A stretch of DNA of 61,321 nt from a virus (Duplodnaviria > Caudoviricetes). Positions 17,422 to 25,543 of this stretch are shown one piece after another. A program made the position numbers and the translations under genes. Numbering within the stretch: position 1 is the first letter of the stretch; the number at the start of each line of letters is the position of its first letter. The stretch covers positions 1-61,321 of the IMG/VR virus record IMGVR_UViG_3300032134_000002; one strand, 5' to 3'. The notes beneath the pieces are model-generated. The model made no database searches and was not told the DNA's origin. It saw nothing but the letters and a program-made list of their open reading frames with translations.

Positions 17422-19278
17422 TTAGGCCGCAGTGGCTTTTTCTAGTGTGATAGGTTGGGTGGTGTCCAGCAGGTGCCAGATTCCGGCTTCGTCCATGACG
17501 ATGTCGGCGCTGTCTGCGTGGTAGTACTCACCTTCGATTTCGATGGCTGTTTCCTCAAGCAGGTAACTACTGTGGTGGTTTGAGTAGATTATGTACTCGC
17601 TAGAGACATCCACCTCATCGATCTCGAGGTGGACTGAGTCATTGACGTGTATGAGCTCGTCAGAATGGTCACACATGACACAGTAGTCTTCGTGGTGATA
17701 TTCATCGTGTGACTCGAGGTAGCGGACCCCGTGGTACTCTAGTACTTGCACATTAAAGCGGTAATATTCCTCGTCGCTCTCGCAGTGGACGGTGTCGTCG
17801 GCGTATACCCAGTCCATGCAATCAGATGAGCTACTGACGTATGCATAGTGGAAATTGTTGTCAATGCAAGATTCACAGACGTTATCGTCTTCTACTCGGC
17901 GGGTTCCGCCTTCCCCGACATTGTCGCCGCAATGATCGCAGTGCTCAGTGAGTGCCTGTTCCAGTACCCCTGTGCTGTAATTCGGTTGGCATTCACCCTG
18001 ACCCTCTTCGGTGATACACAGGAAATCCGAGTACTCGTCCACCATGAGCCCACCAACATCTAGGTAGGGGCAGACGATTTGGCCACAGTCTGTTTCGAGT
18101 TTCTCGATGTGTTCTCCGACAAGGGCATTCTGATTTTTACCATATCCGCCAGCGTCCAGATGGGTTTCCATCTCCCACAATGCGCCATTCATTGCGTCAT
18201 TGTTGTGGTAGATCTCCACGTAGTCCTTACGGTCTTCGACCACAAGCGACCGGGCAGGGATGACACCGTTCTCTAGCTCAAGGTAGGCAACTTTTATGTT
18301 GCCGTTAGCCAGTACACTGATGGGTAGCCGTCCTGTGGAACATGAAACATCGTACCAATCTATTGGTTTCGTCATACATGAGCTGGGTCCGTTAAGGTAC
18401 ACATGCTCGAATTCTGCTGGGGTGGTGGCCAGTTTGAACGTACAGGTCTGTTCTGTGTTCATTTCTGACACTGCACCACGTACTTCGTCCGATGTAAGGT
18501 CGAAGAACTTATTTAAGAATCGACCCGGTTTGGTGGTGATTTGGCGGTCGTTATCGCGGTAGTTCGTTTCGGGTGGCTGGTAAGCCAACTGACCGGGGGA
18601 CTCGCTCGACATGTAGGGAAATAAACCGTACGGGTTGAAAAAATTCTCAAGTATGAACGCCGGTTGCTTGCGGTACTTTCCAAATGTGGATGGCGCAAAC
18701 GTTCGAGCGAACTCACGCTTGAACCACAGCTCGTTGTACTCGGGTTGGGTGGATAGTGCGTTGAGCAATGTGCGTTGTTTGTGTGTGCAGGGTTCTATGT
18801 CTGCACACAGCGCACGTTCCCAGGCTTCAAAGTTTGGTAGGAACTTATCGAACTCTTCTTGCGTTTGTATTTTGCGTGGGGCAGTGGCCAGGTCCAAATT
18901 GACTACCCCTATAAAATGGCCAGAAAGATGACGTGGGTCACGTACCGTCTCTACGCCATAGGGGAACAGCTTGGCATTCGGGTTGTACACTAAGTAATGT
19001 TGTGCATCCGACATAAAAAACACTGCGCCTTCGTCAGTGTGCTGTTTGTTTTGGTCGAGCGGGAGACACCGTACGTTGGTCGGTGTAGCCGCTTTTGCGG
19101 GTTGGTGGTAAGATAAATCAACCGTCCAATGACCGACGGTCGGATAAATAATATCGTTTTTCACCGTGCCATGTGCTGTGGGGAACATAGGGGTGTTGTC
19201 CACGCCTAAGCAGCGGTTGCGGACGACAAGGACCGGCGTATCATTTTCTATTGTGTACTGGGGTGTGATGATTGACAT
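17422..19278 (-). CDS. Large hypothetical protein with Cys/His/acidic C-terminal repeats
   Basis: NGPSSCM, ARSLV and CPYLD core; CDHC, CESC, HCES and MCDH repeats; AGGAG SD. Confidence 0.75.
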   Translation of the reverse strand: MSIITPQYTIENDTPVLVVRNRCLGVDNTPMFPTAHGTVKNDIIYPTVGHWTVDLSYHQPAKAATPTNVRCLPLDQNKQHTDEGAVFFMSDAQHYLVYNPNAKLFPYGVETVRDPRHLSGHFIGVVNLDLATAPRKIQTQEEFDKFLPNFEAWERALCADIEPCTHKQRTLLNALSTQPEYNELWFKREFARTFAPSTFGKYRKQPAFILENFFNPYGLFPYMSSESPGQLAYQPPETNYRDNDRQITTKPGRFLNKFFDLTSDEVRGAVSEMNTEQTCTFKLATTPAEFEHVYLNGPSSCMTKPIDWYDVSCSTGRLPISVLANGNIKVAYLELENGVIPARSLVVEDRKDYVEIYHNNDAMNGALWEMETHLDAGGYGKNQNALVGEHIEKLETDCGQIVCPYLDVGGLMVDEYSDFLCITEEGQGECQPNYSTGVLEQALTEHCDHCGDNVGEGGTRRVEDDNVCESCIDNNFHYAYVSSSSDCMDWVYADDTVHCESDEEYYRFNVQVLEYHGVRYLESHDEYHHEDYCVMCDHSDELIHVNDSVHLEIDEVDVSSEYIIYSNHHSSYLLEETAIEIEGEYYHADSADIVMDEAGIWHLLDTTQPITLEKATAA

Positions 19279-19310
19279 ATTATAACTCCTTATATTTAAC
19301 ACTGGCTTCT

Positions 19311-19325
19311 ATTAGCTCAGCTTAT
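19311..19325. promoter_or_regulatory. Palindromic operator copy ATTAGCTCAGCTTAT
   Basis: Upstream of the 19278 start. Confidence 0.75.
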
Positions 19326-19601
19326 ATCCTCGGACAAGAGCTTGCTTATCGTGGCTTCTGAACATTTCACCAAATTGGCGATCTTTCGGTGGCTGAGGCC
19401 ATGCATGTTTAACGTGACTACTGTGCCTCGTGGAATGCGTCGCTGGTGGCATAGCGTCGAGGTGAGTCCGAGCAACTCTGCACGCTGCTTAATGGCAGGG
19501 ACGCTCCGATCTAGGTGCGTGGCGATCTTTGATGCAAGGGCTACACCGTAATGCTCAGTGAGGTACTGCTCATCGCGCGTTGTCCAATGGGCGTAGGTCA
19601 T
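19317..19601 (-). CDS. Double HTH protein
   Basis: HWTTRDE..IATHLDRSVPAI and GLSHRKIANLVKCSEATISK. Confidence 0.7.
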   Translation of the reverse strand: MTYAHWTTRDEQYLTEHYGVALASKIATHLDRSVPAIKQRAELLGLTSTLCHQRRIPRGTVVTLNMHGLSHRKIANLVKCSEATISKLLSEDIS

Positions 19602-19822
19602 TGGCGTAGCTCCAGATCTTCAAATTGGGCTTCAATCCACACATGTGCACCACATGACAGTGGTTTTTTAGGGCTGTACACCACTTTGCTGGGCCCTTGG
19701 ACCAACACTTCATGGCAATAGTGGTTTGTTTTGTACGTTTTCACCGTAATGCACGGGTTGGTCACGTCATTTTTACGGTTGTCACGTATGACATGCTGAT
19801 TGATGTGGATCTTAGCTTTCAT
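19598..19822 (-). CDS. Small phage protein
   Basis: IHINQHVIR..PCITVK..PLSCGAHVWIE pattern recalled from marine phages. Confidence 0.7.
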   Translation of the reverse strand: MKAKIHINQHVIRDNRKNDVTNPCITVKTYKTNHYCHEVLVQGPSKVVYSPKKPLSCGAHVWIEAQFEDLELRQ

Positions 19823-19832
19823 TTCTTCTCCG

Positions 19833-19967
19833 TTACTTCAATGGCTTCTGATCGTTGTCCAATGGCCACGGGAACCAAGTCCAACAGTCAGTGCATACTT
19901 TTAGGAACTGTGACCGTATTTCACCTAGGTGTTTACCACCGCACTTCGGGCATTGCTTGGTGCTCAT
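19833..19967 (-). CDS. 44-aa zinc-ribbon protein
   Basis: CPKC...CTDC; hand-translated. Confidence 0.6.
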   Translation of the reverse strand: MSTKQCPKCGGKHLGEIRSQFLKVCTDCWTWFPWPLDNDQKPLK

Positions 19968-20179
19968 GTGAATGCTCTGTGAGGTTCATAGTCGCTGCTC
20001 TCAATCACTGCGCACATTGAGCTGATGTACACGTCGTCGTCTTTGAGTGTTTCGTTGTAGAGCGCCTTTGCTTCTTCCAGAGTTTCAAACACAGCCCATT
20101 GGTCCTGGCTGCCCACGTTGTAGCAGACAATCCAGCTACGTCCGCAGTCGTTTTCAACAGTGTCGTCGATAATATTCAT
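19964..20179 (-). CDS. Hypothetical protein
   Basis: GGAG SD; ATGA overlaps. Confidence 0.6.
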   Translation of the reverse strand: MNIIDDTVENDCGRSWIVCYNVGSQDQWAVFETLEEAKALYNETLKDDDVYISSMCAVIESSDYEPHRAFT

Positions 20180-20652
20180 GTGTCCATCTCCCATTGCGCT
20201 GAAAAGTCCCATGCACCTAGTGCGTTGAGCGTTGCTGCGGTGCTATCCGTTGCCCATTCGTGTGCATAGGGCACAGCGAGCCAGGCAATGGTGCAAATGT
20301 CACTCGGATTACAGCCTTTTAGCAGTTTGTTGTGGTGCGTATTCAAGGTGGAGACCATGTCGCGCTGATATTCAGGCGCTTTGGACTCAATTTCCACACT
20401 TTGCAGGTATTCCCCGCCGTCCTTTGCGCGCAGTAGCACTGCACAGAGCACTGACCAGCGGTATTGCACGTTGGACAGTGCCTCCACCATGAGTTTTGTG
20501 GGGTTAGAAGGCGTGTTTGTGCATAAATTCACAAACCGCACCTTGGTGTTGTCCCCACCAACGAACACTAGCGCTGTTTTACGCAGTGCAACGGTCGTTA
20601 GCTTGTGCATTTTCTTGTGGGGGTTGTACTTCTTCCTGCGTACCTTGGGCAT
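20176..20652 (-). CDS. Hypothetical protein
   Basis: MPKVRRKKYNPHK basic N-terminus; AAGGA SD. Confidence 0.7.
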   Translation of the reverse strand: MPKVRRKKYNPHKKMHKLTTVALRKTALVFVGGDNTKVRFVNLCTNTPSNPTKLMVEALSNVQYRWSVLCAVLLRAKDGGEYLQSVEIESKAPEYQRDMVSTLNTHHNKLLKGCNPSDICTIAWLAVPYAHEWATDSTAATLNALGAWDFSAQWEMDT

Positions 20653-20664
20653 TGTGCGTTGTCC

Positions 20665-20883
20665 TTAATAGAAATAATCAGCGAGCTCTCGCTCTAGCTC
20701 TCTTTCTTCTCGGCGTATCTCGTTCGCTGCGCGCCGGACGTTGTTCATATAGTTGCTATCGAGCGCCATTGCAGCGTTGGTCTTCTCGACACGGCCTACA
20801 GCGGCGTTTTCGTCGTAGACACCGTCCACGAGCCAGTGGGCATCGCGCGTTGCGAAGGGGTCCTTCTGTTTGGTCAGTGCCAT
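20665..20883 (-). CDS. Hypothetical protein
   Basis: Packed same-strand ORF. Confidence 0.55.
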   Translation of the reverse strand: MALTKQKDPFATRDAHWLVDGVYDENAAVGRVEKTNAAMALDSNYMNNVRRAANEIRREERELERELADYFY

Positions 20884-21116
20884 AGCTGTTCTACGATGGC
20901 TTCCTCGACGTCCACATCATTTAAAAATGACATGTCGCCGCCTTGTTCACGGCGCACTGCCGCTGCGCTAAGTACAGTAAAGTCCATGTCGCTGGGTTCA
21001 CCAGGATCGACACTGTCCACTGACATGTCGGCTGGGTAGCCCGGATTAAAATGGGTGATGTCTACGTCCACGAGCCAGTCGCCGACGACCACAGTGTGAT
21101 TACCAAGTATATTCAT
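20874..21116 (-). CDS. Hypothetical acidic protein
   Basis: AGGAG SD. Confidence 0.65.
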   Translation of the reverse strand: MNILGNHTVVVGDWLVDVDITHFNPGYPADMSVDSVDPGEPSDMDFTVLSAAAVRREQGGDMSFLNDVDVEEAIVEQLWH

Positions 21117-21152
21117 GGGGATTACTCCTATAAGTAATATTTTTAGCTGGTT

Positions 21153-21416
21153 TTATGCCGCTAAGGGCAGGCGTTTATAGGCTTTATCAAGCAATTGGGG
21201 GTGGTGGTGCGCAAAGTAGAACTCCACGTCTTTTGGAACGTCCTTATCGAGCCTCATCCACGCGTTATCGCACCGTGCAATGGCCCACATAGGCGCATTG
21301 TTCTTGCGGGCATGGATAATAAGGGCATCGATGCGGTGATCCGGCATTTTGTTGAACTTGCTCCAAGCGCGTAGTGCCGGATAGGGCCAGCGTTTGTGTT
21401 GGATGGTGGGTGACAT
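21153..21416 (-). CDS. Hypothetical protein
   Basis: GGAG SD. Confidence 0.6.
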   Translation of the reverse strand: MSPTIQHKRWPYPALRAWSKFNKMPDHRIDALIIHARKNNAPMWAIARCDNAWMRLDKDVPKDVEFYFAHHHPQLLDKAYKRLPLAA

Positions 21417-21439
21417 ATTGCTCCCTGCTTATAAATGTA

Positions 21440-21477
21440 ATGACCTTATAATAAGCCGTGCTTATAATTTAGGTCAA
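21440..21477. promoter_or_regulatory. Operator ATAAGCCGTGCTTAT (21451-21465) inside overlapping promoter-like elements
   Basis: Minus TTGACC-N18-TATTAT; plus ATGACC-N17-TATAAT; outer TGACCT/AGGTCA inverted repeat. Confidence 0.7.
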
Positions 21478-21752
21478 GACTTATTTTCGTCTGCGAGTAA
21501 ATTAGTTAAATAGGCATCGGCCTGGGCCCGGATGTCCTTGACCTGATCCAATGCCCGCTGCTCGTTGTGCGCTGTGCCTTGTCCAAGGGCATCATCGTGC
21601 TCCTGTTGGAGGCGTTTGCGGATGGTGTTGTGTAGGGTTGTCTTTGTCATCCCTGTCATTTGTGCAGCCTCTCTGATGCTGTAGCCACCGTGATTGACTA
21701 AGGCGACTGCGGCATCCTTGACTGCGGGATGGATGAATTTACCTTGTGGCAT
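21474..21752 (-). CDS. HTH protein
   Basis: YSIREAAQMTGMTKTTLHN. Confidence 0.7.
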   Translation of the reverse strand: MPQGKFIHPAVKDAAVALVNHGGYSIREAAQMTGMTKTTLHNTIRKRLQQEHDDALGQGTAHNEQRALDQVKDIRAQADAYLTNLLADENKS

Positions 21753-21761
21753 TGCTTACTC

Positions 21762-21968
21762 CTAACACGCGGTCAGTTCGTTGATTTCATGGCCGTGTCT
21801 ATCGGCCCACTGAGATAAGTGTGCAACCACCTCTTTCCATGTGTTGTAGGCCTCTGGTGGCCCCCAAATCTCTTCCATTTCGGCACCGTTTGCCCATGTG
21901 CCTACCATCAGTGCGGCTCCATCTGGCTCCCACTCGTTGTAGCAGTCAATGTTTTCTATTGTTTTCAT
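21762..21968 (-). CDS. Hypothetical protein
   Basis: AGGAGG SD. Confidence 0.65.
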   Translation of the reverse strand: MKTIENIDCYNEWEPDGAALMVGTWANGAEMEEIWGPPEAYNTWKEVVAHLSQWADRHGHEINELTAC

Positions 21969-22132
21969 ACGTCCTCCTGCCCAATTTCGGTTTGCGCGGC
22001 GATCACTTCACAATTTGTGCAGTAGATTGAGTAGCCTTCGCCGACACACGTTGCTGCTTCATATTCAGCACATCCAACACATAACTCGCCGCTAAACAAT
22101 TTGCGTGAGGTGGCGTCCATACCTTGTGGCAT
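21965..22132 (-). CDS. 55-aa Cys-rich protein
   Basis: MPQGMD..CVGC..CTNC; hand-translated; TAATG overlap. Confidence 0.55.
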   Translation of the reverse strand: MPQGMDATSRKLFSGELCVGCAEYEAATCVGEGYSIYCTNCEVIAAQTEIGQEDV

Positions 22133-22320
22133 TACATACTCCTGTAGTTTTGGTTGACCAAATACTGGTCTTCACCTACAAGTGTAACAAAACCACGGCG
22201 CAATGCCTTCTCTAATAACGATTCTTCGTCCAACTCGAAATTGAATGTGGGGGCAAAAGCTACCCACAATTGCTGGCGGGTGAGGGTGACGACCTCGTCT
22301 GTAAGCTCTGTTTGTGACAT
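22132..22320 (-). CDS. Hypothetical protein
   Basis: AAGGAG SD. Confidence 0.6.
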   Translation of the reverse strand: MSQTELTDEVVTLTRQQLWVAFAPTFNFELDEESLLEKALRRGFVTLVGEDQYLVNQNYRSM

Positions 22321-22338
22321 AATCTACTCCTTGCCCAA

Positions 22339-22943
22339 TGGGCGTTGTGCGCTGTGCGTTGTGCGCTGGTGTGGGTAAGGCTAGGAATTATTCCTGATTG
22401 CGAAAGTAATGGCCGTCAAACTCGATGTAATCCACCATCAGATCACGCGCGAAAGCGTCATAGTCAATGTATAACTGCATAAACTCCGGCACATTAGGTA
22501 AATAAATCTCATCGAAGAAGTTTTCTGCGAATTCACGATCTGAGCCCCATTGCCCTTGGTAGCGATCTTCTATATCGTCCAGCTCAATGCCTAGATCCAG
22601 TCCAGCGCAATAGGCTTCGGCGGATAGATGGCTGCTTTCGATTAGATCCATCAACTCCCAAAACTTATCGCTAATATGTGACTCATTTATATAGTCGTCA
22701 GGGATATCCTCCCAATCTTGAAACATCAGTTCGGGGTCATCTTCATCACTATGCAACTCCAAACAGGCTGTATAAAATCCCTCACGGTCGTCATAGTTAT
22801 TTAATGTCATCCACTTGCCGGCTAAAGAGCCGTTGTTGTACTTGGCATAGGTGCCAACGTATATTTGTGCAATCATCATGGGTAATCCTCGGTTAGTTCA
22901 GCATGGATAGCTGGGCGTTGTGCGCTGTGCGTTGTGCGCTGGT
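22339..22943. repeat. 32-bp perfect direct repeats (22339-22370, 22912-22943) flanking ardA
   Basis: TGGGCGTTGTGCGCTGTGCGTTGTGCGCTGGT occurs twice. Confidence 0.9.
22388..22879 (-). CDS. ardA: ArdA-family antirestriction protein
   Basis: IYVGTYAKYNNGSLAGKW..DPELMFQDWEDIP..YIDYDAFARDL; very acidic. Confidence 0.92.
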   Translation of the reverse strand: MMIAQIYVGTYAKYNNGSLAGKWMTLNNYDDREGFYTACLELHSDEDDPELMFQDWEDIPDDYINESHISDKFWELMDLIESSHLSAEAYCAGLDLGIELDDIEDRYQGQWGSDREFAENFFDEIYLPNVPEFMQLYIDYDAFARDLMVDYIEFDGHYFRNQE

Positions 22944-22960
22944 CAATGTTCTATTTGCGA

Positions 22961-23403
22961 CGTTGGACAGGAGATTTGTCCATTTGCTGTCCCAAAATGG
23001 CATTTGCTGTCCCAGATATTACTTTGATGAATGGTTTAGGTGGTTAGTATACAGTAATATGGATAGTAGTCTGGTCAATTGGTATGACCCTTGGATAATC
23101 TCCTGTCCCAAACGGCGATTTGCTGTCCCAAAAGGGCGTTTGCTGTCCACAACGGTAAACTCGGAAATAGTGATACTGCTCGCTAGCCCTGTGATACCAA
23201 GGGTTTCAGAGCGTCGTAAAATCAGGTATCATTGTGGACAGCAAATGAAAAAAGGGCCTAATTTGCTGTCCACGCTACAGTCCGCTGGTGGCAAGGCTTT
23301 CAAGCGCATCTGGACAGCAAACCACCTTTTTTATTTCTTATATTCATGAAAAAACAGTGTCTATGGAATAACCAGTATACTGAAAGTCAAAAACTGCTGT
23401 CCA
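22961..23403. repeat. Iteron-like TTTGCTGTCC repeat field (candidate origin)
   Basis: About nine copies in both orientations, several with 20-bp phasing, in a gene-free gap. Confidence 0.75.
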
Positions 23404-23594
23404 TGATAATGTCGACATTATTTGAACTTTGTATGTAGCACTAAGGCTAGAGGCCAATTTAGGTACGTTAGTGACCGCTAACATTGAACGGTCATTCAAT
23501 ATAAAACTGTTCAAAACGCGACATTCGTTGTCCAGTGGCCAGCGCCCGGCGATCCGTGCCCATTGTGCAGGGCCTGGCAGTGTGACCGGGGCAT

Positions 23595-23618
23595 AAAAAA
23601 AGGGCCCCGAAGGACCCT
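23595..23618 (-). terminator. Intrinsic terminator, UUCG loop
   Basis: GGGTCC-TTCG-GGGCCC followed by T7. Confidence 0.85.
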
Positions 23619-23642
23619 CTTACTGTGCACCTTGTGCGTTGG

Positions 23643-24332
23643 TTAGATCAAGTGCGCGGTGGTCTGTGCCACCTTGTGCAGCTGCACCACGACGTCGTCC
23701 CGTTGGGCGTTGGCCGCGAACTTCGCTTCACTGCGGGCTTGGTTCTCCTGCTTACGGCGCTTCATGTCACGCTCTTTGGTAATCCACAACTCGTAGCGCT
23801 CCTCGCGCGACGTCGTGGGTTCCATGCCGAAGCTCTTGTTGAGCAACACGATGTCAGCGACGGCCTTGTTGTAACGCTCGGAGGCGTTGGTAATGGCCTC
23901 GAACGCCATCTCGTTGACCTGGATCTTGTTTTGATCCGTGTCGCTGGCCACCGTGCTTTGCGCGCCGCTGGCGTCCTGTGTGCCGTACACGCTGCCCGTG
24001 GCGCGCACCTGGACGAGCGACTCAGGGTCACCGGCCACGGACTGCGCACAATACTTCAGCAGCTTCTGGTTACTGTCCATGGCGAGGCCATAGTCGTTGC
24101 CGAACATCTGGTCGTAAGACGCGGGCGTCTGGAACGAGGCGATGTTGGCCCAGTTGGCAATGATACCGAGTTGCGACACGGCGCGATCGGCAATGAAATC
24201 CACCTGCTCTTGCAGATAAGTGCGAAGGGCCTCGGTCAGGGTAACCGTGTCCGAAGTCTCTGCACTCTCTGTCCAAGGTGCGTCGGTGGTGTTGATGTCG
24301 GCAGCAAGTGCCTTAGTAAGTACTTTAGTCAT
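23643..24332 (-). CDS. Hypothetical early protein (229 aa, GC-rich codons)
   Basis: GGAG SD before MTKVLT; followed by a terminator. Confidence 0.75.
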   Translation of the reverse strand: MTKVLTKALAADINTTDAPWTESAETSDTVTLTEALRTYLQEQVDFIADRAVSQLGIIANWANIASFQTPASYDQMFGNDYGLAMDSNQKLLKYCAQSVAGDPESLVQVRATGSVYGTQDASGAQSTVASDTDQNKIQVNEMAFEAITNASERYNKAVADIVLLNKSFGMEPTTSREERYELWITKERDMKRRKQENQARSEAKFAANAQRDDVVVQLHKVAQTTAHLI

Positions 24333-24513
24333 GATGCTTCTCCAATGTATGTTGTGCCCGACGATGGGCGTTGTTGCGAACGAACTGCTCGCGGGTCTGC
24401 GTTGGGAAATCGGCTTCCAGCCCAATGTCCCATCGATACTCTGCTCGGCGTTCCGCTGCCAGCAGCTGCTCTAGGGGATCAGGCCCTAGCCCTTTTGGTA
24501 CGATGTCGTACAT
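24325..24513 (-). CDS. Hypothetical protein
   Basis: AAGGAGGT SD before MYDIVP. Confidence 0.6.
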   Translation of the reverse strand: MYDIVPKGLGPDPLEQLLAAERRAEYRWDIGLEADFPTQTREQFVRNNAHRRAQHTLEKHHD

Positions 24514-24614
24514 GTCATTTACCTCCTTATGCGTTGAATGACACAAGAAAAGGACGAACGCGCAACGTGCCTTGGCACGTTGCGCGCTGTCCCTTGGTCT
24601 CTTACGGTGCATTG

Positions 24615-24758
24615 CTACTGCTCTGCGATCTGCTCCAAGCAGATGTAGCAGCCAATGCAGAAGCAGGCGTACAGCGTTGCACTACGCCCATCGATCGTCG
24701 CCAGCACGGCAGTGAACACCGTGCACAGGCCCAGTGCGCCCCATTTAGCGTTGCTCAT
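24615..24758 (-). CDS. 47-aa hydrophobic peptide
   Basis: MSNAKWGALGLCTVFTAVLA...; ATGA overlap. Confidence 0.5.
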   Translation of the reverse strand: MSNAKWGALGLCTVFTAVLATIDGRSATLYACFCIGCYICLEQIAEQ

Positions 24759-24847
24759 AGCACACCGCCAAGCGTGATGACATAAATGGTGAGCAGTGCG
24801 CCTATGAATAGCAGCGCAGTGATTGAGGTGAAGAGGAATGGTTTCAT
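24755..24847 (-). CDS. 30-aa membrane peptide
   Basis: MKPFLFTSITALLFIGALLTIYVITLGGVL with AGGAG SD. Confidence 0.6.
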   Translation of the reverse strand: MKPFLFTSITALLFIGALLTIYVITLGGVL

Positions 24848-24881
24848 GACAGTGCTCCTAGCCCACTGGGGGGGTGGGCAT

Positions 24882-24902
24882 AAAAAAAGGGCCCGAAGGC
24901 CC
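24882..24902 (-). terminator. Intrinsic terminator, UUCG loop
   Basis: GGGCC-TTCG-GGCCC followed by T7; close relative of the 23595 terminator. Confidence 0.85.
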
Positions 24903-24907
24903 AAAGG

Positions 24908-25165
24908 TTAGTAGTTGTGGTGGAAGGTGCCCGCTTTGAGGGCCGTGACGTTGTATGTTTGTGAGAGGTGGTGGTAGCGGGCTTGGCTGACGTGAGCCGA
25001 GTGGGTGTGAAGGAGGTGCTCTTGGAGTTCAAGGTTAAGTAGGTGCAGGGCGTGGGGCAGGGGCAGTTGAGGTTTACGCGTGCGTAGTTTAGTGAGTGGG
25101 TTAGTGAAGGTGGGAAGGGTGAAGGTGGGGATGGTGAGGGTGAAGGTGGGGGTGGTGAGTTTCAT
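24908..25165 (-). CDS. Thr/Pro/His-rich early protein
   Basis: GGAG SD; ends just before a terminator; G-poor coding strand. Confidence 0.6.
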   Translation of the reverse strand: MKLTTPTFTLTIPTFTLPTFTNPLTKLRTRKPQLPLPHALHLLNLELQEHLLHTHSAHVSQARYHHLSQTYNVTALKAGTFHHNY

Positions 25166-25323
25166 GAGGATTCTCCAGAGTTGTGGGCTGCGGTGTCGAG
25201 TGCGCGGTGCTGTTTGATTGACCAGATGAGGATGAAGGGGAAGACGAAGGGAAAGAGGATGAGGCCGAGGATGAGGCCAATGAGGGTTAAGAAGGCGAAG
25301 GTGAGTGTTTTGATAATGAACAT
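25162..25323 (-). CDS. 53-aa membrane peptide
   Basis: MFIIKTLTFAFLTLIGLILGLILFPFVFPFILIW...; AGGAG SD. Confidence 0.65.
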   Translation of the reverse strand: MFIIKTLTFAFLTLIGLILGLILFPFVFPFILIWSIKQHRALDTAAHNSGESS

Positions 25324-25340
25324 AGTAGATCTCCTAGCCC

Positions 25341-25496
25341 CTATTTGGGGGCTGTTGCAGTGTGGATTTTAGTTTTGAGGGTGGTTTTGGCTTGGTTGAG
25401 TGTGGTTTTGGCTCGGTTGAGGGCGGTGTTGAGTTGTTGGGTTGTGGTGGGGATGGTGAGGGTGATGGATGGGATGGTGAGTTTGATGGTGTTCAT
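25341..25496 (-). CDS. 51-aa Thr-rich first early protein
   Basis: AGGAG SD preceded by duplicated TTAACTTTA. Confidence 0.65.
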   Translation of the reverse strand: MNTIKLTIPSITLTIPTTTQQLNTALNRAKTTLNQAKTTLKTKIHTATAPK

Positions 25497-25508
25497 GGGG
25501 TAATCTCC

Positions 25509-25543
25509 TAAAGTTAAAATGCATAAAGTTAAAATGCATAAAG
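25509..25543 (-). repeat. 15-bp tandem repeat containing a T7-g10-like TTAACTTTA translational enhancer
   Basis: TAAAGTTAAAATGCA twice plus TAAAG on the + strand. Confidence 0.6.

Noticed and set aside
22903-23349. 148-aa plus-strand ORF
   Set aside because: Runs antisense through the iteron repeats, has no recognisable motif, and is probably a chance frame
22961-23403. Repeat field as a CRISPR array
   Set aside because: Repeats are 10-14 bp, in both orientations, with irregular spacing
23625-24785. 386-aa plus-strand ORF
   Set aside because: Antisense shadow of GC-rich minus-strand genes that have SD sites and a terminator
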